A DNA stretch of 39,276 bases from Trueperaceae bacterium (lineage in GTDB: Bacteria > Deinococcota > Deinococci > Deinococcales > Trueperaceae). The notes beneath the pieces are model-generated. The model was given only the letters and a program-made list of their open reading frames with translations. It did no database searches and was not told the origin of the DNA. This document shows, in pieces, positions 27,984-39,276 of the stretch; positions within the stretch are counted from its first letter, which is position 1, and each line of letters starts with the position of its first letter. The DNA lies in NCBI GenBank assembly GCA_035703635.1, contig DASSXV010000046.1, positions 1-39,276 of the forward strand, written 5' to 3'. A program made the position numbers and the translations under genes.

Positions 27984-29003
27984 TCACTCGACTTTGGCGG
28001 CTAGCAGGTCGCACAGCATGGTTGGGTCGACGTTGCCGCCAGAGGCAACCACGACAGTTGGACCGGCGAGCAGCGAGATGCTGTCGACCGCTCCTTCAGA
28101 TAGCAGGCGCCGCAGTGCGGCCAACGATATGGCGCCGGTAGGCTCGACAACTAGGCGTGTCTTCGACGCGTAGAAACGGACGGCGTCTGCGATCTCGGCC
28201 TCGGTTACGGTAACTACGCCGGCCAGGTAGCGCGAGAGCATGGTGAAGTTCAACTGCCCGATGCTCTGGCTGCGCACGCCGTCAGCGATGGTCCTCGCGA
28301 CCTTGTCTGCATCCCACGTTCTGACCACGCCCGCGCTGAGCGACTCTTTAGCGTCCGCAGCCAACTCAGGCTCGACCCCGATAACTTGCGCGTCCGGAAT
28401 CAGCGACTTGATAGCTAAGGCGACGCCAGCAGCTAACCCGCCGCCGCCGATCGGCACCAGCACGTTGCGCACCGCCGACAGGTCCGCAGCGATCTCCAGC
28501 CCGACCGTGCCTTGCCCGGCGACGATCCAGGGGTGATCGAACGGAGGAACCGGCGTCGCGCCCTCGCGCTCAGCGATCTCGCGGACGGCGGCCTCGCGGC
28601 CGGCCTGCGTGTTCTCGCTGCGAACGACGGTAGCGCCGAGCGCCTTGGTGTTCGCCACCTTTATGGCCGGAGCGCCTTCCGGGATGACGATGGTTGCCTT
28701 GACGCCGAAGCGCTTGGCCGCTGCCGCAACGCCCTGCGCGTGGTTGCCGCTCGAGTGCGCCACCACGCCCTTGGCGCGCACGTCCGCGGGTAGAGAAGCC
28801 AGGAAGTTCGTCGCGCCGCGGATCTTGAAAGAGCCGATGGCCTGGAGGTTCTCAGGCTTCACGTAAACAGGAAAGGCGCTGTTTGGGAGGTCGAGCGGCA
28901 ACAGGGGAGTGTGCAGCACGGAGTCCTTGATGCGCTCACGCGCGGCCCTAACGTCAACGAGTTGCGGCTCATCTAACGAGACGGTCTGCACGCTGTCGGT
29001 CAT
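27984..29003 (-). CDS. PLP-dependent threonine/serine dehydratase or serine racemase-like protein (no ACT domain)
   Basis: KPENLQ.IGSFKIRGA, SSGNHAQG, AGQGT.GLEI, PIGGGGL, EPTGA and SGGN motifs. Confidence 0.92.
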   Translation of the reverse strand: MTDSVQTVSLDEPQLVDVRAARERIKDSVLHTPLLPLDLPNSAFPVYVKPENLQAIGSFKIRGATNFLASLPADVRAKGVVAHSSGNHAQGVAAAAKRFGVKATIVIPEGAPAIKVANTKALGATVVRSENTQAGREAAVREIAEREGATPVPPFDHPWIVAGQGTVGLEIAADLSAVRNVLVPIGGGGLAAGVALAIKSLIPDAQVIGVEPELAADAKESLSAGVVRTWDADKVARTIADGVRSQSIGQLNFTMLSRYLAGVVTVTEAEIADAVRFYASKTRLVVEPTGAISLAALRRLLSEGAVDSISLLAGPTVVVASGGNVDPTMLCDLLAAKVE

Positions 29004-29035
29004 GCCACCTGTCTACCACGACCCCGCACGGCGCG

Positions 29036-30013
29036 TTAGCGGCCACGTACCGAGAGGAACGCGTCGACCGTCGCCCCGGTCGGTAGGGCGGGGATGGCGC
29101 CGAGCTGCGTCGTCGCGAGGGCGCCGCAGGCGTTGGCGCGAAGTACCACGTGGCGCAGTGCGGCAGGCTCGCTGAGGGCCTCCGGCTCGGCGAGGATGCC
29201 TGCGAGGAGGCCGGCGACGAACGCGTCGCCCGCCCCGGTAGTGTCGATCGCCTCGACGGCGAAGCCAGGCACGTCACCACGCTCACCGCTGCCCAAGTAG
29301 TAACTCGCGCCCGCCGCACCGCGGGTGACGACCAGCAGACGCAAGGTGGCGTGGCGCAGCCTGTCCGCCGCCGCGTGATCGATGCCGCCCGCCAGAAACG
29401 CGAGTTCGTCCTCGCTAACCTTGACGATCTCCGCACCCTTGATGGCCGCCAGCACTTCACGGCGCGCAACCGCGGGTGACGGCCAGGCGTCTAGCCGCAG
29501 GTTCACGTCGATGGAGCGTAGAACTCCGGCCGCGCCCGACACGTTCATGGCGTGCAGCGTGGCCTCGCGCACGGGTCCGCCAGCTAGCGTCAGGGTGCCG
29601 AAGTGCAACAACCTCGCCGCGGTCAGGTAGTCGTCGTTCAGCTCCAGGGCGTTGAGGTGCTGGTCCGCTGACGGGTGGCGGTAGAAGAGGAACTCGCGCT
29701 CGCCACCTCGCACCAGGCTCACGAACGCCAGCCCGGTCCGGTGCTCGTGGTCCCTACGCAAGCAGCTCGTGTCGACACCCGCGCCCATCAGGACCGCTTG
29801 GAGGTGATCGCCGAACGGGTCGGCGCCGACCTTCCCGACGAACCCGGTGTTGACCCCAAGGCGGCTGGCGCCAACCGCCACGTTAGCTGGGGCGCCTCCG
29901 GCAGCGCGCACGAAGCGCCGCGCGTCCGCCAACGACGCGCCTGCCTCGTCCGCCACGAGGTCGATGAGGGCCTCACCGAGGCAGACGAGATCGACTCGCA
30001 GAGGGGCCTTCAT
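29036..30013 (-). CDS. PfkB-family carbohydrate kinase (fructokinase-like)
   Basis: GGAPANVA, GKVGADPFG, DVNLR...W, VKVSEDE and DTTGAGDAF motifs. Confidence 0.93.
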   Translation of the reverse strand: MKAPLRVDLVCLGEALIDLVADEAGASLADARRFVRAAGGAPANVAVGASRLGVNTGFVGKVGADPFGDHLQAVLMGAGVDTSCLRRDHEHRTGLAFVSLVRGGEREFLFYRHPSADQHLNALELNDDYLTAARLLHFGTLTLAGGPVREATLHAMNVSGAAGVLRSIDVNLRLDAWPSPAVARREVLAAIKGAEIVKVSEDELAFLAGGIDHAAADRLRHATLRLLVVTRGAAGASYYLGSGERGDVPGFAVEAIDTTGAGDAFVAGLLAGILAEPEALSEPAALRHVVLRANACGALATTQLGAIPALPTGATVDAFLSVRGR

Positions 30014-30260
30014 GCGTTAGCGCCACCCCTCGAGCCTCACGGCCCCGTAAGTTATCTCATTCGTCCTGCACGGACCGCGCCGCCGTTGCGCCGCGTGATA
30101 CAACTTGAGGCTGATGGCGGTGGCGCCTCGGCGCGACCACCGCAACGACAGAGAACGCCAACGCGCCACCCCGTGCCGCCTGCCGCGGTCAACGAGGGGC
30201 AAGGTAGCAGGCGTGCCCCAACTTGCGCCGAGAACTACGTAGGTCATGAGGTCTCGCAGC

Positions 30261-33056
<2,796 letters not shown>

Positions 33057-33100
33057 ATACGCAACCTGGGCGGCTGCAGTCGCCGGTTTGGGAGATGTGA

Positions 33101-34465
33101 ATGGCAACCGACGTTAAAGTGCCCTCCGCGGGCGAGTCCATCAGTGAGGTCTTCATCGGGTCGTGGCTCAAGAAGCCGGGCGACGCGGTGGCGGCCGACG
33201 AGGCGATCGTAGAGCTGGAGACGGACAAGGCGACGCTGGACGTACCCTCTCCCGTCGCCGGTGTCCTCATCGAGGTCCTCAAGAACGAAGGCGACGCTGC
33301 TGGCATCGGCGAGGTCATCGCGCGCGTGGACGAGACGGCCACCGCCACCGCTGCGCCCCAGGCGGCTGCGCCGAGCAGCGCCGCGCCCGCCGCGCCCACC
33401 GTAGCGGCAGCGGCCCCGGCCGCGCAGGCGGCCGCACCCGCGCAGGCGGCCCCGGCCGCGAAGGCGGCCGCGCCCGCGGCTCCCGCCCAGCCGACCCCGG
33501 CCAGCCCGAATACCGCGGCGCCAGCGCCGGCCCCGACGCCAGCGGCGCCAGCGGTCAAGGCGCCCACGACCCCGGTTGGCGTTCGCGCCACCAGCGTCAT
33601 GCCTGCCGCCCAGCGACTCATCGACGAGAACGGACTAAGCGCCGATGAGGTCCCAGCCACCGGCCCCGGCGGCCGCCTCCTCAAGGAGGACGTGCAGAAC
33701 TACTTAGCCCACCGTGAACGGGCTGCCGCGGAACCTGAGCAGCCGCTGCCCGCCAGCGGCTACGAGCGCGAAGAGGAAGTCAAGCCGATGACGCTGCTTC
33801 GGAGGCGCATCGCCGAGCGCCTCGTCTCCGCTCAGCAGACGGCAGCGCTCCTCACGACCTTCAACGAGGTCGACATGTCTGGCGTCATGAGCCTCCGCAG
33901 CGAATACAAGGACGCGTTCGAGAAACGCTACGGCGTGCGTCTCGGGTTCATGTCGTTCTTCGTGAAGGCCGCCATCGACGCCCTCAAGCAAGTCCCGCAA
34001 CTCAACGCCGAGATCCGCGGAACCGACATGGTGTTCAAGAACTACTACGACATCGGCGTCGCCGTCTCGACGCCACGCGGCCTCGTCGTGCCCGTCGTGC
34101 GCGACGCGGAACGCCTGTCGTTCGCGGAAGTCGAGCAAGTGATCGCCGAGTACGGCAAGCGCGCTAGCGCCAACAAGATCACCCCAGACGAACTGCAAGG
34201 CGGGACCTTCACGATCAGCAACGGCGGCGTGTTCGGCTCGCTGCTTTCCACGCCGATCGTCAACCCGCCACAGTCAGGCGTGCTCGGCATGCACACCATC
34301 CAGGAACGCCCAGTGGCCATCGACGGGCAGGTAGTGATCCGCCCGATGATGTACCTGGCGCTCACCTACGATCACCGCGTGGTGGACGGACGCGAGGCGG
34401 TTACGTTCCTCAAACGCATCAAGGACACCATCGAGAAGCCTGCCCGCATGCTGCTGGAGGTATGA
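33101..34465 (+). CDS. sucB: Dihydrolipoyllysine-residue succinyltransferase E2
   Basis: Lipoyl motif ETDKA, long Ala/Pro linker, [21 protein letters not shown] and YDHRVVDG. Confidence 0.97.
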   Translation: MATDVKVPSAGESISEVFIGSWLKKPGDAVAADEAIVELETDKATLDVPSPVAGVLIEVLKNEGDAAGIGEVIARVDETATATAAPQAAAPSSAAPAAPTVAAAAPAAQAAAPAQAAPAAKAAAPAAPAQPTPASPNTAAPAPAPTPAAPAVKAPTTPVGVRATSVMPAAQRLIDENGLSADEVPATGPGGRLLKEDVQNYLAHRERAAAEPEQPLPASGYEREEEVKPMTLLRRRIAERLVSAQQTAALLTTFNEVDMSGVMSLRSEYKDAFEKRYGVRLGFMSFFVKAAIDALKQVPQLNAEIRGTDMVFKNYYDIGVAVSTPRGLVVPVVRDAERLSFAEVEQVIAEYGKRASANKITPDELQGGTFTISNGGVFGSLLSTPIVNPPQSGVLGMHTIQERPVAIDGQVVIRPMMYLALTYDHRVVDGREAVTFLKRIKDTIEKPARMLLEV

Positions 34466-35877
34466 CCGTGGCGGCACCAGTTCAGCACGACGTCGTCATC
34501 ATCGGCGCGGGGCCGGGCGGTTACGTGGCCGCCATCCGCGGCGCGCAACTCGGTTTCGACGTTGCGGTAGTCGAGCGCGAGGTGGCGCTAGGCGGTACCT
34601 GCCTGCGCGTGGGCTGCATCCCAAGCAAGGCGCTCCTCGAGTCGAGCCACCGCTACCAGGAAGCCAAAGAGACCCTCGGCGAACACGGCGTGCTCGTCGA
34701 TGGTGTCAGGGCAGACCTAACGGCCATGCAGGCGCGCCGCGCCAACGTCGTCAAGCAGAACACCGACGGCATCGAGTACCTCTTCAAGAAGAACAAGGTC
34801 ACCCGTTACCTCGGCGACGGCAAGTTGACGGGCGACCGCGCCGTTAGCGTGACGGCACCAGACGGCAGCGTGACCGAGTTGGTAGCCGAGCACGTCGTGC
34901 TGGCGACCGGCTCGGAAGTGGCCACCCTCAAGGGCGTCGAGCTCGACGACGAAGTCGTCGTGAGCAGCACGGAAGCGCTCGAGTGGGACGCCGTGCCTGC
35001 CAGCCTCGTCGTCATCGGCGCCGGCTACATCGGGCTCGAGCTTGGCTCGGTCTGGTCGCGCCTCGGCGCCAAGGTCACGGTCGTCGAGTACCTCGACCGC
35101 ATCCTGCCTGGCATGGACTCAGAGGTCGCTCGCGAGGCGTTGCGCGTCTTCAAGCAACAGGGGCTGGAGTTCGAGCTAGGCGCGCGCGTGACCGGCGTTA
35201 GCGTGACGGGCAAGGGCGCCAAGCGCACGGCCAGCGTAGCCATCGACGGGCGCGAACCTGTCGTGGGGGAGAAGGTCCTCGTCGCCGTAGGGCGCCGCCC
35301 GGCGACGGCCGGCCTGGGGCTAGAGGACGTCGGGGTCGCCCTCGACGACCGCGGCCGCGTGGCAGTAGACGAAGACTTCCGCACGAACGTCGCAGGCGTT
35401 TACGCCATCGGCGATCTGATTCACGGCCCGATGCTCGCGCACAAGGCCGAGGAGGACGGGGTCGTGCTCATGGAACGCCTAGCTGGTCAGGCCAGCGCGG
35501 TGCACTACGCGCTCGTCCCAGGCGTGGCGTACACGGAACCCGAGATCGCCAGCGTCGGTCAGACCGAGGATCAACTCAAGGACGGCGGTGTCGCCTACCG
35601 CAAGGGCGTTTTCCCGTTCTCCGCGAACGGTCGCGCGCGCGCCATCGGCAGCACGCAGGGCCGCGTCAAGATCCTGGCGGACGCCACGACCGACCGGGTG
35701 CTTGGCGTGCACATCATCGGCCCGCGCGCAGGCGACTTGATCGCGGAAGCCGTTGCCGCCATGACGTTCGGGGCGAGCAGCGAGGACATCGCGCGCACGT
35801 TCCACGCCCACCCGACCCTCTCCGAAGTCGTCAAGGAAGCCGCCCTCGCCGTCGACGGTCGGGCCATCCATATCTGA
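34462..35877 (+). CDS. lpdA: Dihydrolipoyl dehydrogenase E3
   Basis: [26 protein letters not shown] and HPTLSE motifs. Confidence 0.96.
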   Translation: MTVAAPVQHDVVIIGAGPGGYVAAIRGAQLGFDVAVVEREVALGGTCLRVGCIPSKALLESSHRYQEAKETLGEHGVLVDGVRADLTAMQARRANVVKQNTDGIEYLFKKNKVTRYLGDGKLTGDRAVSVTAPDGSVTELVAEHVVLATGSEVATLKGVELDDEVVVSSTEALEWDAVPASLVVIGAGYIGLELGSVWSRLGAKVTVVEYLDRILPGMDSEVAREALRVFKQQGLEFELGARVTGVSVTGKGAKRTASVAIDGREPVVGEKVLVAVGRRPATAGLGLEDVGVALDDRGRVAVDEDFRTNVAGVYAIGDLIHGPMLAHKAEEDGVVLMERLAGQASAVHYALVPGVAYTEPEIASVGQTEDQLKDGGVAYRKGVFPFSANGRARAIGSTQGRVKILADATTDRVLGVHIIGPRAGDLIAEAVAAMTFGASSEDIARTFHAHPTLSEVVKEAALAVDGRAIHI

Positions 35878-35908
35878 GGCGGCGACCGCCCGGAGTTAGA
35901 CTCGTGGC

Positions 35909-37066
35909 ATGACGAGCGAAGTGCTCAACACTCAACTCAGCGACGTCGGTACGGCCGACCTCGTGCTGCGCGACCCTGCGCTAGAACGCATTGCCGACAT
36001 CGTGCTCTCAGGCGGCCGGCTCGACCTAGCTGACGGCCTCGTCCTCTACCGCACCCGCGACGTTCCTGGCGTCATGCGCCTCGCCGACCTCGTGCGCCGC
36101 AAGAAAGTGGGCAGCAAGGCGTACTTCGTGCACTCGCTGCGCCTCTCCCAAACGAACGTCTGTTACGTAGGCTGCACGTTCTGCGGTTTCCAACGCAAGC
36201 TGGGCGAGGAGGGCGTGTGGGACTACGACCTCGAGCAGGTCTGGGAGTACGTCGACCGCTTCTGGCACCCCGACCTAACCGAGATCCACATCTCGTCTGG
36301 CCACCACCCCAAGCGCGGCTGGGATTACTACCTCGACCTCGTGAGTGGCCTAACCGAGCGCTACCCTGGAGCGCAAGTCAAGGCCTGGACGGCCGCCGAG
36401 ATCCACCACTTCACGAAGATCACGCGGCCACGCCTCGACTACCGCGAAGTCTTGAAGCAACTCAAGGCCGCTGGCTTGGTGGCGTTGCCTGGTGGTGGGG
36501 CCGAGATCTTCGCCGACCGCGTGCGCAAGCGCATCGCGCGGGCCAAGGTAAGCGCAGAGGGTTGGCTGGAGGTGCACCGCACGGCGCACGAACTCGGGCT
36601 GCCGACGAACGCCACCATGCTCTACGGTCACGTCGAGACGCTCGAGGAGCGCCTCGATCACATGCTCAGGCTCAGGCAGCAGCAAGACGAGACGGGCGGG
36701 TTCCTCTCGTTCATCCCACTTGCCTTCCAACCGGATAACAACCAGTTGGCCGCCGAGTTGGGCACGCGCCACACGACCGGCGTCGACGACCTCCGCAACC
36801 TCGCGGTCGCACGCCTGATGCTTGACAACTTCCCTCACATCAAGGGCTACTGGATCATGATCACGCCAGAACTAACCCAGGTGGCGTTGTCTGCCGGCAT
36901 CTCCGACATCGACGGGACCATCAAGGACGAGAAGATCGCGCACGCTAGCGGCGCCGTGACGGAGAAGGGCATGACGGAGGAGGAACTCGTCAAACTCGTG
37001 CGCACGGCCGGCCGCCTGCCCGTCCGCCGCGACGCGCTTTACAACGAGCTGAAGGTCTACGCGTGA
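35909..37066 (+). CDS. mqnE: Aminofutalosine synthase, radical SAM (menaquinone futalosine pathway)
   Basis: CYVGCTFC, PGGGAEIF, NATMLYGHVET, FIPLAF and HIKGYW motifs. Coupled to mqnA. Confidence 0.9.
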   Translation: MTSEVLNTQLSDVGTADLVLRDPALERIADIVLSGGRLDLADGLVLYRTRDVPGVMRLADLVRRKKVGSKAYFVHSLRLSQTNVCYVGCTFCGFQRKLGEEGVWDYDLEQVWEYVDRFWHPDLTEIHISSGHHPKRGWDYYLDLVSGLTERYPGAQVKAWTAAEIHHFTKITRPRLDYREVLKQLKAAGLVALPGGGAEIFADRVRKRIARAKVSAEGWLEVHRTAHELGLPTNATMLYGHVETLEERLDHMLRLRQQQDETGGFLSFIPLAFQPDNNQLAAELGTRHTTGVDDLRNLAVARLMLDNFPHIKGYWIMITPELTQVALSAGISDIDGTIKDEKIAHASGAVTEKGMTEEELVKLVRTAGRLPVRRDALYNELKVYA

Positions 37067-37923
37067 GGCGCGAGCGCCTCGGCATAGTGTCTTACACCAA
37101 CGTCGCCCCGCTGCACTGGGGACTGACGGCCACGGGCGCGGAGAACACGAGCTACGTATACGGCGTGCCGAGCGAGCTGAACGCCGCACTTGCGCGCCGC
37201 GAGATCGACTTGACCTTGGTTTCGTCGATCGAGTTCATCCGCCACCGTCACGAGTACCGTGCCCTCGCTGACTTCTCCATCGCCACCCTCGGCTCCGTCT
37301 ACAGCGTCATGCTCTTCCACCTCAAGCCGTGGCGTGAGCTCACGGGTCAACGCATCGCGGTAACTAACGCTAGCGCGACCAGCGTCGAGCTGCTGCGCGT
37401 GCTGCTCGCTGCCGACGGCATCGATTGTGAGCTTGCGCCGACTAGCGGCAACCTAGACGAGCTGCTTGCTAACGGAGCCGCTGGCGCCCTGCTCATCGGC
37501 GACGCAGCTCTTCGTGAGGCGCTGCGGCACCTGCCACCTGCGGGCGCTGGGCCGCAAGGACGCGGCATGACGGGACCGAGCAAGCTACGTCCGGAACTGT
37601 TCGTCACGGACCTCGGAGAGGCCTGGTACCGCCTCACGAAGCTACCGTTCACGTTCGCGGTGTGGGCCGCGCCAGACGACCGCAAGCCCTCCGCCGGGTT
37701 GGTCCAGCGCTTCAGGGAGTCGCGCTGGCGCGGCCTAGGTGAACTCGCCAAGGTCGCGGCCGTCGAAGCGCGGAAGCTCGACCTGCCTCCGGAGAGCGTC
37801 CAGCGCTACTTGGAGAACTTCCGCTACTACCTCGAACGGCCAGACCTAGACGGCCTCATGGCCTTCGCCAAGCTAAGCGACCCGACCTTCGAGGCTGACC
37901 AACTACGCTTCTGGGACGAGTGA
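37063..37923 (+). CDS. mqnA: Chorismate dehydratase (menaquinone futalosine pathway)
   Basis: G.VSYTN..P, P.ELN, V.SV, SATS, LLIGD.AL and DLG..W...T.LPF.FAVW motifs. Confidence 0.9.
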   Translation: MRRERLGIVSYTNVAPLHWGLTATGAENTSYVYGVPSELNAALARREIDLTLVSSIEFIRHRHEYRALADFSIATLGSVYSVMLFHLKPWRELTGQRIAVTNASATSVELLRVLLAADGIDCELAPTSGNLDELLANGAAGALLIGDAALREALRHLPPAGAGPQGRGMTGPSKLRPELFVTDLGEAWYRLTKLPFTFAVWAAPDDRKPSAGLVQRFRESRWRGLGELAKVAAVEARKLDLPPESVQRYLENFRYYLERPDLDGLMAFAKLSDPTFEADQLRFWDE

Positions 37924-37935
37924 AACAAATGCGCG

Positions 37936-39240
37936 CTACAGAACGTAACGGCTGAGGTCCTCGTCAGACACCACGTCCGCGAGCTTCTTGTCGACCATGG
38001 CCTTGTCGATCACCACGACACCTAGGTCGGTGCCGAACGCGATGTCCTCCAACACCGTCTCGATGATGGTGTGCAGCCTGCGCGCGCCGATGTCCTCCAC
38101 CTCGCGGTTCACGCGCTCCGCGTACTCGGCCAACGCCACGATGCCAGACTCGTCGAAGCGCACATGCGTGCCGTCGACGGCCAGCAGGTCCGTGTACTGC
38201 TTCGTGAGCGCGAAGCGCGGCTGGGTGAGGATGCGCTGGAAGTCGCCGGCGCTCAACTCGTCGAGTTCGACGCGGATAGGGAAGCGGCCCTGCAACTCGG
38301 GGATGAGGTCGCTCGGCTTCGAGACCGTGAAGGCGCCAGCGGCGATGAAGAGCACGTGGTCGGTGCTCACCGGCCCGTAACGCGTGTTGACCTGGGTGCC
38401 CTCGACGATGGGCAGCAGGTCGCGTTGCACGCCCTCACCCGACACGTCCGACCCTCCCATGCGGTCGTCGCGCGCGATCTTGTCGATCTCGTCGATGAAC
38501 ACGATGCCGAGCGATTCCGCGCGGTCGACCGCCTCGCGGGTAACGGCGTCATGGTCGATGAGACGCTCTGCTTCCTCGTTCTCGAGCAGGCGCCTCCCGT
38601 CGCGCACGCTGACCTTGCGGCGCACTTTCTGCTCCGGCATGAAGCGCTTGAACATCTCCTGGAGGTTGATGCCGGCCTCCTCCATGCCCGGCATCGGCAG
38701 GCTGGCCGGCTGTTCGGAAGCGACCTCGATCTCTACCGTGCGCTCCTCCAGATCGCCCGCGCGCAGCAGTTGCCGCATGCGCTCGCGGCTGTCCTCAGAA
38801 CCGCCGGGGATGAGTACGTCGAGGAGGCGCTCCTCGGCCTCGCGGCGCGCTTGCGCCATGACTTCGGCCTTCTTCTCCTCCTCGACCATGACGGCGGAGG
38901 CGCGCACGAGGTCGCGGACGATGGAGTCGACGTCGCGGCCCACGTAACCGACTTCCGTGAACTTCGTCGCCTCGACCTTGAGGAACGGTGCGCGCGCTAG
39001 CTTCGCGAGGCGACGCGCGATCTCGGTCTTGCCGACGCCGGTTGGGCCGATGAGCATGATGTTCTTGGGTGTCACTTCGCTCTGAACGTCGTCGGGGAGG
39101 CGCTTGCGGCGGTAGTGATTGCGCAACGCCACCGCCACCATGCGTTTGGCCTTGTTCTGCCCGATGATGTGGCGGTCGAGTTCCGTGACTATCTCTACTG
39201 GCGTCAGGTCAGTCAGGCGCCTGGTCAGTTCGTCGCTCAC
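37936..39240 (-). CDS. hslU: ATP-dependent protease ATPase subunit
   Basis: IGPTGVGKTEIARRLA, KVEATKFTEVGYVGRDV, FIDEIDK, GVQRDLLP, PELQGRFPIRV and IGARRL motifs. Confidence 0.97.
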   Translation of the reverse strand: MSDELTRRLTDLTPVEIVTELDRHIIGQNKAKRMVAVALRNHYRRKRLPDDVQSEVTPKNIMLIGPTGVGKTEIARRLAKLARAPFLKVEATKFTEVGYVGRDVDSIVRDLVRASAVMVEEEKKAEVMAQARREAEERLLDVLIPGGSEDSRERMRQLLRAGDLEERTVEIEVASEQPASLPMPGMEEAGINLQEMFKRFMPEQKVRRKVSVRDGRRLLENEEAERLIDHDAVTREAVDRAESLGIVFIDEIDKIARDDRMGGSDVSGEGVQRDLLPIVEGTQVNTRYGPVSTDHVLFIAAGAFTVSKPSDLIPELQGRFPIRVELDELSAGDFQRILTQPRFALTKQYTDLLAVDGTHVRFDESGIVALAEYAERVNREVEDIGARRLHTIIETVLEDIAFGTDLGVVVIDKAMVDKKLADVVSDEDLSRYVL

Positions 39241-39276
39241 GCAGGTTCCTCGCTCTCGTCGGCGCCAGGCTCGTCA
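39237..39276 (-). CDS. C-terminal tail of an upstream gene coupled to hslU (possibly hslV; unverifiable)
   Basis: Open frame ...DEPGADESEEPA* whose TGA overlaps the hslU GTG start (GTGA). Confidence 0.35.
   Translation of the reverse strand, partial: DEPGADESEEPA

Noticed and set aside
33330-33580. GC-rich quasi-repeats within sucB
   Set aside because: They encode the normal Ala/Pro inter-domain linker of E2 subunits.
37530-37600. Gly/Pro-rich ~20-aa insertion in MqnA
   Set aside because: Falls in a variable surface position between conserved motifs and has no intein or mobile-element hallmarks.

Overview
GC-rich core-genome region of a Deinococcota bacterium, probably Trueperaceae-like. 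This placement is inferred from the 16S 3' end, the solitary 16S gene, a TCHKT-type bacilliredoxin, futalosine-pathway genes and pervasive leaderless gene starts. The window holds about 35 mostly housekeeping CDSs (gpsA, tmk, hisF-hisIE, glpX, murI-rph-rdgB, sucA-sucB-lpdA, mqnE-mqnA, hslU, a peptide ABC SBP with two permeases, and others), one stand-alone 16S rRNA gene, tRNA-Ser(GGA) and an SDR pseudogene. I found no mobile element, prophage, CRISPR array or defence system. Most notable: (1) the unlinked 16S gene has two tandem promoter+leader modules, each carrying its own 5' arm of the processing stem, competing for a single 3' arm; (2) a lipoprotein glutaminyl cyclase occurs with secreted proteins predicted to expose N-terminal Gln (possible Q-rule); (3) a candidate leaderless 36-aa uORF sits in a structured leader of the peptide ABC operon; (4) a compact di-haem cytochrome c; (5) a BrxC/colicin-immunity-like fusion beside the tRNA. 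All coordinates and pairings were read by eye and no searches were run.
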